Positions 56,001-64,000 of a stretch of 64,000 bases of DNA are shown here, in pieces (position 1 is the stretch's first letter; every line of letters starts with the position of its first letter). Made by a program: the position numbers and the translations under genes. The notes beneath the pieces are model-generated. The model had not been told where the DNA came from. It worked only from the letters and a program-made list of their open reading frames with translations, and made no database searches. Source of the stretch: a virus; IMG/VR virus record IMGVR_UViG_3300007639_000002, positions 1-64,000 of that record; one strand, 5' to 3'.

Positions 56001-56026
56001 AGTCACGAATCCTAGGAATCGTGACT
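56001..56026. promoter_or_regulatory. Back-to-back pair of repeat promoters sharing a central CTAG (divergence point)
   Basis: AGTCACGAATC-CTAG-GAATCGTGACT. Confidence 0.85.
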
Positions 56027-56071
56027 GAAGCAGGTAGAGTGCTAAGTTGTGTTTATGGAAAGGGACAACAC

Positions 56072-57961
56072 ATGAATGGTCTTACACCACGACAACAACG
56101 TGAAATACGTGAAGAACTAGACAAACGTCTTACGCCATTAGAAATGGTGAACTGCGTTGATGACTGGATTACGTTGAACGAACTTGACAGGCTTACCTTT
56201 AGGGGAGCCTCTGAGTTACTTGACTATATCGCACGGTTGCCTGTAGAGAGGACTCCTGCGTTAGCGCACGTTCCATCTACCGCCACCAAGATCATCGTCA
56301 ATAGCGCACGAGGGGTTTGTGCGTTATGTGACGAAATGGTAACGGCTGGGCAGGGGCATAAAGCCTTTGTCAATGGGGCATGGAGTGTTTATCATGCCGT
56401 AGACGTTTGCCCTGCCGTTACCGTGACTCCTGTCGTTACATATTCGTCGGGCTTGCGTAAGCAACTTGATGATTTTGTACAAACGTTAGACAAGACAGAG
56501 CCACCGATTCTCCCTGATGAATCATTATTTAATCTTTCTAATGCACACCAATTTGACATAGATTTTGATCTTGAATTACCGCTATTGGGGTACCAAAAGG
56601 CGGCGATTGAATATGCACGTCGTACTCACCGTACCCTTGTATGTCAAGACATGGGGTTGGGTAAAACGCCTATCGGCATTGCCCTGACTCATATTGCTCT
56701 TAATGAGGGTCACAAGGTGTTAGTGGTTGTACCGCCAAACCTTGTCTACCAATGGACATCGGAGTTCAAGAAGTTTGCTCCATGGATTAAGGTGGGCAGT
56801 GTACGTGGGCGTAAGGTCGGCAAGTTGCCCAAGACGGATGTACTCATTATCGGGGACTCCATCGTTGAGGCATGGCAGAATGTCCTTGCGGAAAAGTACA
56901 CCAGCATCATTGTTGATGAGGCACACCGCTTTAAGACTGAATCCAGCGGGCGTTCTAAGGCTCTGACTCGTATTGCATCGTTTGTTCCCAAGGATGGATA
57001 CTGCGTTCTGCTATCGGGAACCATCATTCCTAACCGCCCATCGGAGTTCATATCGCCACTGCGTATCATTGGCAGGCTTGAGCCTGTATTCGGTACTAAG
57101 AAGCAGTTTCAGATTAGGTACTGCGATTATCAGATGGTCAATGGGTTTCCTGTGACGGGTGGAGCCAGCAACGTGACAGAGTTAAATACTTTGTTGCGTA
57201 GCACGTGCTACACACGTACCAAGAAAGTAGATGTACTAGATGACCTGCCACCTAAGCGCAGGGCACAACTAGACGTAGAACTAACTGAGACATCCATGCG
57301 TAAGTACCGTAAGGCTGAGGAGGATTTCCTTGCCTTTGTGTACGAGAACTATGGGAACGATGCTTTTCTCGCTGCATCCAAAGCACCTGTGATTACACAG
57401 ATAAATAAACTCAGGCAACTACTGGGTGAGGCAAAGATAGATTCTGCAAAGGAGCACATACAGTCCTTACTGGACTCAGGTGAGCAGGTCATTGCCTTTG
57501 CGTACCACACCAATGTCCTGAAGACTCTCAAAGAGCATTTTGAGGATCAGGGCGTAGTGATGGTTGCCGGTGGTATGACCGCTGAGGCTAAAGACAAGGC
57601 TGTGCAGAAGTTCACTAGCGGTGAGGCACGACTGTTCTTAGGTCAGTACGAAGCAGCCTCAGTAGGTCTTAACCTACAGGTCGCCAGTCACGTGGTCATG
57701 GTTGAGATGCCATGGTCACCTGCTACTGGTTCACAGGCAGAAGACAGGGCATGGCGTTACGGCAACAAGAATGCTGTAGTGGCATGGTGGCTCACTGCCA
57801 TTGACCCCAATGCCCCCACCATTGACTCACGTATGTGGAGTCTCCTGAACGCAAAGGCAGAGACCATCTCAGCCTGTTTAGACGGGTGGGGAGAAGACAT
57901 GAAGGCTGAAGCAGGTAGCATTACCGCCCTGCTACTTCAAGACATGATGAGTGCTTCGTAG
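56072..57961 (+). CDS. SNF2-family (HARP/SMARCAL1-like) helicase
   Basis: YQ, DMGLGKT, DEAH, SGT, GLNL and QAEDRAWRYG motifs; start re-assigned to SD-led ATG 56072; stop is the repeat TAG. Confidence 0.9.
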   Translation: MNGLTPRQQREIREELDKRLTPLEMVNCVDDWITLNELDRLTFRGASELLDYIARLPVERTPALAHVPSTATKIIVNSARGVCALCDEMVTAGQGHKAFVNGAWSVYHAVDVCPAVTVTPVVTYSSGLRKQLDDFVQTLDKTEPPILPDESLFNLSNAHQFDIDFDLELPLLGYQKAAIEYARRTHRTLVCQDMGLGKTPIGIALTHIALNEGHKVLVVVPPNLVYQWTSEFKKFAPWIKVGSVRGRKVGKLPKTDVLIIGDSIVEAWQNVLAEKYTSIIVDEAHRFKTESSGRSKALTRIASFVPKDGYCVLLSGTIIPNRPSEFISPLRIIGRLEPVFGTKKQFQIRYCDYQMVNGFPVTGGASNVTELNTLLRSTCYTRTKKVDVLDDLPPKRRAQLDVELTETSMRKYRKAEEDFLAFVYENYGNDAFLAASKAPVITQINKLRQLLGEAKIDSAKEHIQSLLDSGEQVIAFAYHTNVLKTLKEHFEDQGVVMVAGGMTAEAKDKAVQKFTSGEARLFLGQYEAASVGLNLQVASHVVMVEMPWSPATGSQAEDRAWRYGNKNAVVAWWLTAIDPNAPTIDSRMWSLLNAKAETISACLDGWGEDMKAEAGSITALLLQDMMSAS

Positions 57962-58036
57962 GATTCGTGACTACGTACACCCCTGAGATAAAGTAACAAT
58001 AAGAAAGAGGCAAAGCCTCTCAACCAAAGGAAACAC

Positions 58037-59068
58037 ATGAGCAAAGAAACGTTCAAGACATTAAACACAATGACGTTGATCGGCAACACCGACAAGCGCA
58101 ACTCAAAGGCATGGCACTATCGTGCAGACCTACAAGGTGATGAGCCAAACCACTATGCAGGAGCAATCCCCGTAGAGGAAGTACGCCGTCGCTTGTTCAA
58201 CTGGCAGGCTATTGAAGCACCAGTGTTCGTGGGCATCACAGATGGAGACAATAAAGTAGTGCGCTACGTACAACAAAATGATCGCAAGGCAATTATGCGT
58301 AACGACAACAACCATGTAATGGGTGTGTTCAAGGACTCATACGCCATCCACCAATACGACGAATGGCTCATTGAGAACGTCAGCACCATCATTGACGATC
58401 ACCAACTGGTCATTGACTCAGCCGGTGCTTTACGTGAGGGTGCTATTGCATGGGTAACCATTTCTATGCCCGACAACGTAGAAACGTCTGCTGGGTTCCC
58501 TGTTCGCCCATATCTCCTTGCCACCACCTCACATAACGGCACTATTGCCACCACCTACAAGCAGGTGTACAACGCTCCAGTATGTGACAACACGCTGTTC
58601 GCAGGGTTGGCTGAAGACGGGGCACAGCACAAGACACGCCACAGTAAGCACAGCGTCAATCGCATCCAGTCAATCCGTGATGCTTTAGACATTGTGTTCA
58701 CCATGACAGAAGACATCGTTGCTGAGATTGAGCGCCTGTCAAGTATTACGGTCAGTGACCGTGAGTGGGATGCCATTGTGAATCGCATTGTGCCAGTGGG
58801 TATCAGTGGTGAAGTAGCACAGTCTGCTATCTCTAAGATGGAGAATAAGCAAGAGGTAATTCGTAACATGTACCGCAACGACGCAATGGTGTCACCTTGG
58901 GCAGGCACTGCGCTGGGTGTGCTTCAGGCATTCAACACCTTCAACCACCACGTGTCGGGTAACGACAAGACACGCTCTGAGCGCAACGCACTGAACGCCA
59001 TCAACGGCAAGATTCAGCAGTCAGACATCAAAGTAATCCAAGCCATCAACGAATTGGTGTTGGTGTGA
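58037..59068 (+). CDS. DUF932 (phage/plasmid TIGR03299-like) protein
   Basis: AWH, SAGALREG, LLATTSHNGT, VCDNT and RHS motifs. Confidence 0.8.
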   Translation: MSKETFKTLNTMTLIGNTDKRNSKAWHYRADLQGDEPNHYAGAIPVEEVRRRLFNWQAIEAPVFVGITDGDNKVVRYVQQNDRKAIMRNDNNHVMGVFKDSYAIHQYDEWLIENVSTIIDDHQLVIDSAGALREGAIAWVTISMPDNVETSAGFPVRPYLLATTSHNGTIATTYKQVYNAPVCDNTLFAGLAEDGAQHKTRHSKHSVNRIQSIRDALDIVFTMTEDIVAEIERLSSITVSDREWDAIVNRIVPVGISGEVAQSAISKMENKQEVIRNMYRNDAMVSPWAGTALGVLQAFNTFNHHVSGNDKTRSERNALNAINGKIQQSDIKVIQAINELVLV

Positions 59069-59412
59069 CAGGTGCTGTAAAGGATGGGGGGTTCAGTCCT
59101 ATGATTGAACTCCCCAGCCTTAAGCACGTAATGGATTTGGACTGGCGTGAGCATTCTGCCTGTTCCACGGTATCTAAGAATGTGTTCTTTGACTACAACT
59201 CAGTGAGTCTCCTTAAGGTACAGAAGAAGGCATACGAGCGGGAGGCATTAGATACTTGTGCCAGTTGCCCTGTACACACCCAGTGTTACGAGTTCGCTGT
59301 TAAGAACAACGAGAAGTACGGAATATGGGCAGGCACATTCCCTGACCAACGCAAGGCACTGTACAAGATTTATAAAACTACAGGTGTTCTAGAAACTCTA
59401 CAAGTTGTTTAG
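59065..59412 (+). CDS. whiB: WhiB-family transcription factor (start probably 59101 or 59131)
   Basis: W...AC...FF...CxxCPV...C...GIWAG. Confidence 0.88.
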   Translation: MTGAVKDGGFSPMIELPSLKHVMDLDWREHSACSTVSKNVFFDYNSVSLLKVQKKAYEREALDTCASCPVHTQCYEFAVKNNEKYGIWAGTFPDQRKALYKIYKTTGVLETLQVV

Positions 59413-60454
59413 TACCAACCCCGATATCCCTTTGCCATACTGCTTCTCTTAATGCAGAACCTTCAGCAGAACGGGTGTCGGGGTTTTTTAATGCCTTTAA
59501 ATGCTTAATCCACTGGGTAGGTTTCTTTGCAATACGCCCCATGCCCCAGTCACTAGCCAGTTTTGAGTACGCAGAGAGATTTGAAGCAATCCATGGGATG
59601 CCCGCTGCGGAGTATTCAAGTAATTTAATATCACTCTTGGCGTGGTTAAAAGGAGCATCACGTAAAGGTGCAATGCCCACATCCATTGTCAATAATGCTG
59701 GATACAACTCAGGGTCTGAAGCAGGAATACGTAATACAGCGTCTTCAGGTAACAGCCATGCATCAGATACCAATGCATTGCCGTCATGGTAACCGCTGTG
59801 TTGTAGGCGAATGTCCCCGTTGTCATACAACGGTTTTATAATACCCCTAAGTTGCTCTAGGTCATTAGAACGGTGACTGGTAGACCCAACCCAACCGACT
59901 ATTGGAGTAGTGGTGTCTGAATGCTCTAACGGTGTGAACCTGCCAACGTCCACCGTGTTGGGGATGACCTCAATAGGGCAACGAACAAAGTTCTTGATGC
60001 GGTCTGCTAAATACTGTGTTGATACTGTGACTACATCACTAGCGTTTAATACCGACTTGTAGTGGTTGATATTTTCAGTCGGGTTGCTTTTAGGGTGTGA
60101 CGACATGAAGGCGTGGTTGCTGGGGTCTAACCCCCAATACCAATCGTCTAGGTCATTGACAACAATTTGCCCTGTTGCACGTGCTTTGTAGATATGGTCG
60201 GCAAGACCTTGGTGCATAAGACGTTGAATATAAACAACATCTACGTCTACGTAGTACTGTTTATCATCCGTGATGTCAATAGAAAAATGATCCCTGTTCC
60301 ACACCAGTGCGCCTGTGTAGGTCTCAAAGCCATGTTCAGACAGGCGATTTTGATATTGTCCTAGACGAACCCATCCTGCACCACCCCAATGGTTTTTACC
60401 ATCGGTTGCTTTGCTAGGTGAGATCCTATCTCCGCTTGCTATCCCTACTATCAC
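59378..60454 (-). CDS. GT-B glycosyltransferase
   Basis: DLDD, VGWVGS and DVGIAPL...FNHAKSDIKLLEY; start re-assigned to GTG 60454. Confidence 0.85.
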   Translation of the reverse strand: MIVGIASGDRISPSKATDGKNHWGGAGWVRLGQYQNRLSEHGFETYTGALVWNRDHFSIDITDDKQYYVDVDVVYIQRLMHQGLADHIYKARATGQIVVNDLDDWYWGLDPSNHAFMSSHPKSNPTENINHYKSVLNASDVVTVSTQYLADRIKNFVRCPIEVIPNTVDVGRFTPLEHSDTTTPIVGWVGSTSHRSNDLEQLRGIIKPLYDNGDIRLQHSGYHDGNALVSDAWLLPEDAVLRIPASDPELYPALLTMDVGIAPLRDAPFNHAKSDIKLLEYSAAGIPWIASNLSAYSKLASDWGMGRIAKKPTQWIKHLKALKNPDTRSAEGSALREAVWQRDIGVGTKQLVEFLEHL

Positions 60455-60581
60455 GTTTCTCCAGTTCGTAAACCTTGTTGAGTCTCTTCTTACATTCGTG
60501 TGTTGGTGGCTCAGGAATCGTAACACCGATACCTACAGATACCCCACATACTGAACATTCATATTGTGTTATCTGTGTCAT
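60426..60581 (-). CDS. Small zinc-finger protein (51 aa)
   Basis: Hand-translated YECSVCG...PPTHEC; AGGA SD. Confidence 0.55.
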   Translation of the reverse strand: MTQITQYECSVCGVSVGIGVTIPEPPTHECKKRLNKVYELEKRDSRDSKRR

Positions 60582-60593
60582 TGTTTTATCCTA

Positions 60594-61343
60594 CTAAAAT
60601 CCCCAGTTACGCATAGGGTGAGAGTTACTGTCTATCATAAACTTACTAACCTTTAGGTTACAGTCTAGTGTCCGTAGTATGCCCGACTGTGGAGTTGCTC
60701 CACATAGTTCCTTTGTAACGCTGTACCAACTGCTATTGACCTGAAGTAACCCACTATCAAAGGTGTCCCACGCTTTGCAGGATACTAAGTACTTTTTAAA
60801 CTCTTGTCGTTTGCAGTCCCATGCTGATTTACCATGCTTGTAGTTCCAGCCCACTGCTTTTACATCGCAACGGCTTTCACGCCAACTGACATATGACATG
60901 ATGTCCACGGGTAATCCATACTTGCGGAAAGCGCTTTCATACTTAATGCACCTTTTGCTCTTGTCTAATGGCAGGCTAATCTTCTGTTTTTTATAGTGGA
61001 CTGTGTACCACTTGTTGATGTATTTGGTGGGCACATCAGGCAATATGGCGGTGCTAAGGCTGTTGGCAATAAGGTAGGCACGATGTGCTGACCACGTGCT
61101 TGTCCCATAGATACCATCAGTGGTTGTCTTAATGACCTGCTGCAAACGTCGTACTGAAGACCCACGATCATCAAAGTCATAAGACCGTTGAGCAATTTCA
61201 GTGGGGGTTGGGATGGTCTGAGGAGCCACTACAACGAGTGGTGCTCTACTCACACTCCTTACGGGCTGGGGTTCCCTTGTAGGTGTTACTCCTAAGAATG
61301 TTGTAACTGTCAAAACTCCGGCTGTAAGAGTGCGTAATATCAT
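60594..61343 (-). CDS. Exported lytic transglycosylase with peptidoglycan-binding domain
   Basis: N-terminal hydrophobic segment; GSSVRRLQ...DGIYG; WRESRC...DSGLLQVN. Confidence 0.8.
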   Translation of the reverse strand: MILRTLTAGVLTVTTFLGVTPTREPQPVRSVSRAPLVVVAPQTIPTPTEIAQRSYDFDDRGSSVRRLQQVIKTTTDGIYGTSTWSAHRAYLIANSLSTAILPDVPTKYINKWYTVHYKKQKISLPLDKSKRCIKYESAFRKYGLPVDIMSYVSWRESRCDVKAVGWNYKHGKSAWDCKRQEFKKYLVSCKAWDTFDSGLLQVNSSWYSVTKELCGATPQSGILRTLDCNLKVSKFMIDSNSHPMRNWGF

Positions 61344-61364
61344 CAGTCTCCAATGTCCGTACAA

Positions 61365-61402
61365 TAAAAAAGCCTTCATAGGCTCATGGTGAGGTATGAA
61401 GG
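61365..61402 (-). terminator. Intrinsic terminator-like hairpin immediately after a TACACT -10 box
   Basis: CCTTCATA-N14-TATGAAGG followed by CTTTTTT. Confidence 0.55.
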
Positions 61403-61417
61403 AGTTACCCTAGTGTA

Positions 61418-61834
61418 CTAGTCTTTGCTTGACAAGAGACTGAAATGGATCATTTCCAAATCTTTAACTGGTTCTTCCCAAGATGGAATTGCATTCATGT
61501 TGATGTTTTCGTGTTGTTTCTCATGTGCCTCAAGGCACGAACGACATTGGCACCCTTGTCGGTACCTTATCCATGAACCATGTGGCTTATGGGCTGATGC
61601 CGATGGCTTAAGCGCACTAAACACGGTACGTTCAAGTGGCGTAAGACCACCCCACATACCCCAGCGTTCGTCAATACCCGCATCTAAACAGTCTTGCCAC
61701 ACAGGGCATCGGTGACAAAGTTCACGACCCACGGAATAGTATTGTTCGGGTACTTTTGCTTCTAGTGGGGGGTACCAAAAGATGTTGTTACGTTTCTTAC
61801 ATAGGGCATCAGACATCCATTCATGTAACTGCAT
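61418..61834 (-). CDS. whiB: WhiB-family transcription factor with extra C-terminal H...CxCxxC module
   Basis: WMSDALC...CHRCPV...C...GMWGG; HGSW..Y..GCQCRSC. Confidence 0.88.
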   Translation of the reverse strand: MQLHEWMSDALCKKRNNIFWYPPLEAKVPEQYYSVGRELCHRCPVWQDCLDAGIDERWGMWGGLTPLERTVFSALKPSASAHKPHGSWIRYRQGCQCRSCLEAHEKQHENINMNAIPSWEEPVKDLEMIHFSLLSSKD

Positions 61835-62031
61835 TAGTTGTCTGCTTTTCCTTCTCTTGCTACACGTAAAACAGTTTCAATGCTGTCTTGTAGTGTGCTT
61901 AGCATGCGGTCATAACGTTCGTTTAAAGCATTTAATTCTTTTTTAAGTTGAAAGTTCTCTTCTGTAAGAACCTCAACAAGGTCTAGTGAGGTGGCGTTGA
62001 TGTACGCCTTGCTCATCTCCTCAAAATCCAT
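61834..62031 (-). CDS. Coiled-coil hypothetical protein
   Basis: Start re-assigned to the TAATG-coupled ATG. Confidence 0.6.
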   Translation of the reverse strand: MDFEEMSKAYINATSLDLVEVLTEENFQLKKELNALNERYDRMLSTLQDSIETVLRVAREGKADN

Positions 62032-62390
62032 TAAAGATATGTACTCTCTATGCATTCCCAGCCACAACCTGCGTAACCAACAATGTCAAGCCAGTGGTCA
62101 CGTTTAGCAGGAGTCCATGACAGACGTGAAATCTTAAGGAGCATCATCATTACCGCAACGTCATGTGGGTCAAGATAGATCTCTTCCAATGAACGTGCTT
62201 CCATTGCTCGTCGTAGGTACACCTGCCACAACTGAGCAGTCATAGCAAAGTCGTCTACTGGGTCACCGTAATCATTGTTACGGTCACCGTTGATTAGTCG
62301 GGCTGCCTCATGAAGAAGTTTGGTTCTTGGGGGTAATTCTGATTCCTGAATATCAGGTCTTTGTTCTTCTTCTTGTCGGGGTAAATCCAC
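62031..62390 (-). CDS. DUF6378-like (all-alpha NTP pyrophosphohydrolase-like) protein
   Basis: GDRNNDYGDP, DVAVMMMLLKISR and D.WLDIVGYA motifs. Confidence 0.75.
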   Translation of the reverse strand: MDLPRQEEEQRPDIQESELPPRTKLLHEAARLINGDRNNDYGDPVDDFAMTAQLWQVYLRRAMEARSLEEIYLDPHDVAVMMMLLKISRLSWTPAKRDHWLDIVGYAGCGWECIESTYL

Positions 62391-63010
62391 GGTGGTGTCT
62401 CCTGTTTTACGGGGGTTACTGCTGACGGCTTAATAACTACTGAAGAGTTATATCCTTTAATGAATCCAATAAACTCAGTAAGTGTATTTACCCTGTTGAG
62501 ACTATCTTCCGTTTGGTTCCACGGGCGGTTTAAAAGACAAGGGATGATACTGGATGACTTGGCTTCTTTGTAGTATTGCACGTGGTCATCAATCATTACT
62601 GCTTTGCCCTTGGCAATGTTAAATAAGAATTTCTTAGAAGGGTGAAAGTGCAGGCTGTCAGCATACAATTTATGAGCGAATAACCATTCAGCGGTTTGTG
62701 CCCATGCCGACTGAGGGCGAGCGGTCATTACGTGGATACCTAAACCCATGTCCTTCATCTGTTGCCAAGCCTCTATTACCTCTTTGTCAGGGGCATAGGT
62801 AGAAAACACTTTGTGGGTAGTAGCAGCCTCGGAAATCCACTCTTGAAAGGTGTCGTGGTTAATGCCCCAGTCCTCATAGAAGTTCCACTTTGTGGCATCA
62901 GGAAGGTAACTGACGTTGAGGCGTTCTTTGCAATAGATTTTAAAGGCATCAATGAAGGGGTAAATAACACCATCTAGGTCAATACCTACGTCTGTAATTA
63001 AATCGTTCAT
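62294..63010 (-). CDS. HAD-family 5'(3')-deoxyribonucleotidase-like protein
   Basis: IDLDGV, TAR, MIDD and PWN motifs. Confidence 0.8.
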   Translation of the reverse strand: MNDLITDVGIDLDGVIYPFIDAFKIYCKERLNVSYLPDATKWNFYEDWGINHDTFQEWISEAATTHKVFSTYAPDKEVIEAWQQMKDMGLGIHVMTARPQSAWAQTAEWLFAHKLYADSLHFHPSKKFLFNIAKGKAVMIDDHVQYYKEAKSSSIIPCLLNRPWNQTEDSLNRVNTLTEFIGFIKGYNSSVVIKPSAVTPVKQETPPWIYPDKKKNKDLIFRNQNYPQEPNFFMRQPD

Positions 63011-63023
63011 TTAAGGAACCCTA

Positions 63024-64000
63024 TCATGTTTCTTCTGAGAGGTCAATGATCTCCGCATACATAGCGTTGGTAGCATCAGGACCCATTCCACCGCCGGGAA
63101 GCATTCGTGCCTGTTCTCCTGCCTTGTTGCCAAAGAGTCGGGAGAGTACTCCCGAACTACCACGTGCCTCTACCTCAAAACGAACGGTGTCACGGGTATC
63201 GGAAATGTTCTTGAACTTGTCTACAAGGTTAAACAGTCTGTCCATCTCTTGTGACAGGGCGGGGTCAAGACCTTGCCCCTCTAGTTCTTCAGCGAACCTA
63301 GCGAACATCACACGACCTACTTGCATCTCCATAATGGCTCGCATCGCAGCCTGAAGTTGGTCTTTTGTGCGGATCTCAATGGGCAAAGAAAACGCACACT
63401 CAGAATGTTCCTTAAAACTGGGGCAACGTGAGGAGAGATAGCAACTATCACACTGCCTTAAAGGGTTCGCATTGTACTTAATTACAGGGGTAGATTCAGG
63501 GGCAATTTCAATAGATTCCCCTTCATTATCATAGGTTTGGCTACCTATAGACACCACGTTTTCAATGCCCATAACTGGTAGCAATAGACGTTCACTCTCG
63601 TGCCGCTTCTCAGGGGCATTGATAGCAATAGATGACCCCCTCTGTGCCACGTTTGGCAAAGTAGGGTTAGGGGGGGAGATAGCAACTATGTCCCCTGTTT
63701 TAGGGTCAATAAACTCATGCTCATCATCATCACTTACAGGGTCATAGCCCCCAAAAGTTCGGGTCTCCCACTGCTTCCAAGACTCAACTGCTAACGCACC
63801 AACTACGGCAACTTCATCCTCAATCACGGCATCGTAGTCAATACCCAAGCGCATGATGTCGGCACGGTGCTTACGACGAGCAGAGTCTTTTTGCTGTGCA
63901 GGATATCTTCTTAGTCCGTGCCCATCCCACACCTGTGTCTCGCCATAACGCAATACACTCGTCCACGAGACCACGACTACAGACTCCCAAGGGATGCCCT
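63024..64000 (-). CDS. Hypothetical protein with CxxC...C...C cluster (5' end outside the window)
   Basis: Frame open to the window edge (GIPWESVVVVSWTSVLRYG...). Confidence 0.65.
   Translation of the reverse strand, partial: GIPWESVVVVSWTSVLRYGETQVWDGHGLRRYPAQQKDSARRKHRADIMRLGIDYDAVIEDEVAVVGALAVESWKQWETRTFGGYDPVSDDDEHEFIDPKTGDIVAISPPNPTLPNVAQRGSSIAINAPEKRHESERLLLPVMGIENVVSIGSQTYDNEGESIEIAPESTPVIKYNANPLRQCDSCYLSSRCPSFKEHSECAFSLPIEIRTKDQLQAAMRAIMEMQVGRVMFARFAEELEGQGLDPALSQEMDRLFNLVDKFKNISDTRDTVRFEVEARGSSGVLSRLFGNKAGEQARMLPGGGMGPDATNAMYAEIIDLSEET

Larger units (their letters stand above)
45154..57971. repeat. Dispersed repeat TAGGA(A/T)TCGT(G/C)AC heading each promoter-gene cassette, about 33 copies
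   Basis: - strand copies start (on +) at 45154, 45388, 45619, 45958, 46165, 46399, 46606, 46894, 47143, 47344, 47646, 47856, 47972, 48080, 48354, 48545, 48812, 49163, 49388, 49682, 50078, 50312, 50861, 51392, 51949, 52839, 53247, 53756, 54416, 55756, 56002; + strand copies at 56012 and 57958; some degenerate. Confidence 0.95.

Noticed and set aside
55904-56071. Extended helicase N-terminus from the ORF track
   Set aside because: Overlaps an opposite-strand gene and the divergent promoters; the SD-led ATG at 56072 is more credible
45154-57971. CRISPR array interpretation of the repeats
   Set aside because: Repeats are only 13-14 bp, spacing ranges from about 100 to 1900 bp, the intervals contain whole genes, and no cas genes are present
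45154-57971. Classical integron with attC sites
   Set aside because: No tyrosine recombinase in the window, no GTTRRRY/RYYYAAC cores or long attC hairpins, and the cassettes carry their own promoters
60511-60524. Repeat-like TCAGGAATCGTAAC on the + strand
   Set aside because: Lies inside a zinc-finger ORF and lacks a correctly spaced TANNNT; likely chance

Overview
A 64-kb segment of a tailed phage genome with a contractile tail. Two WhiB genes and widespread leaderless-type promoters suggest an Actinomycetota host. From left to right, almost all on the - strand: tail module (tube initiator, tape measure, chaperone, tube, sheath), neck, N4-gp56-type major capsid, scaffold, portal, HslV-like protease, terminase, endolysin, a halogenase/oxygenase/glycosyltransferase cluster beside Gly-, collagen- and His-rich fibre genes, and a run of singly promoted accessory genes (36.4-45.0 kb). 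The main discovery is 45.1-58.0 kb, an array of about 33 gap-free expression cassettes. Each starts with TAGGA(A/T)TCGT(G/C)AC-N17-TANNNT-N6-A(+1). The TAG is usually the stop codon of the previous gene, and the +1 A is usually the A of a leaderless ATG, often followed by an (ACA)n tract. Two cassettes look non-coding: one is a double-pseudoknot RNA, the other a 20-bp hairpin displaying the anti-Shine-Dalgarno sequence CACCUCCU. A further hairpin in a cassette 3' UTR has a loop antisense to the (ACA)n starts, and a separately promoted two-hairpin RNA with anti-SD-like loops sits before the terminase. Together these suggest an RNA-based translation-takeover and timing system (inference, untested). 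Three perfect parS palindromes and a Fur/Zur-like box lie at the left edge of the array. All family assignments come from motif recognition by eye, and counts and coordinates were read manually; no database searches were run.
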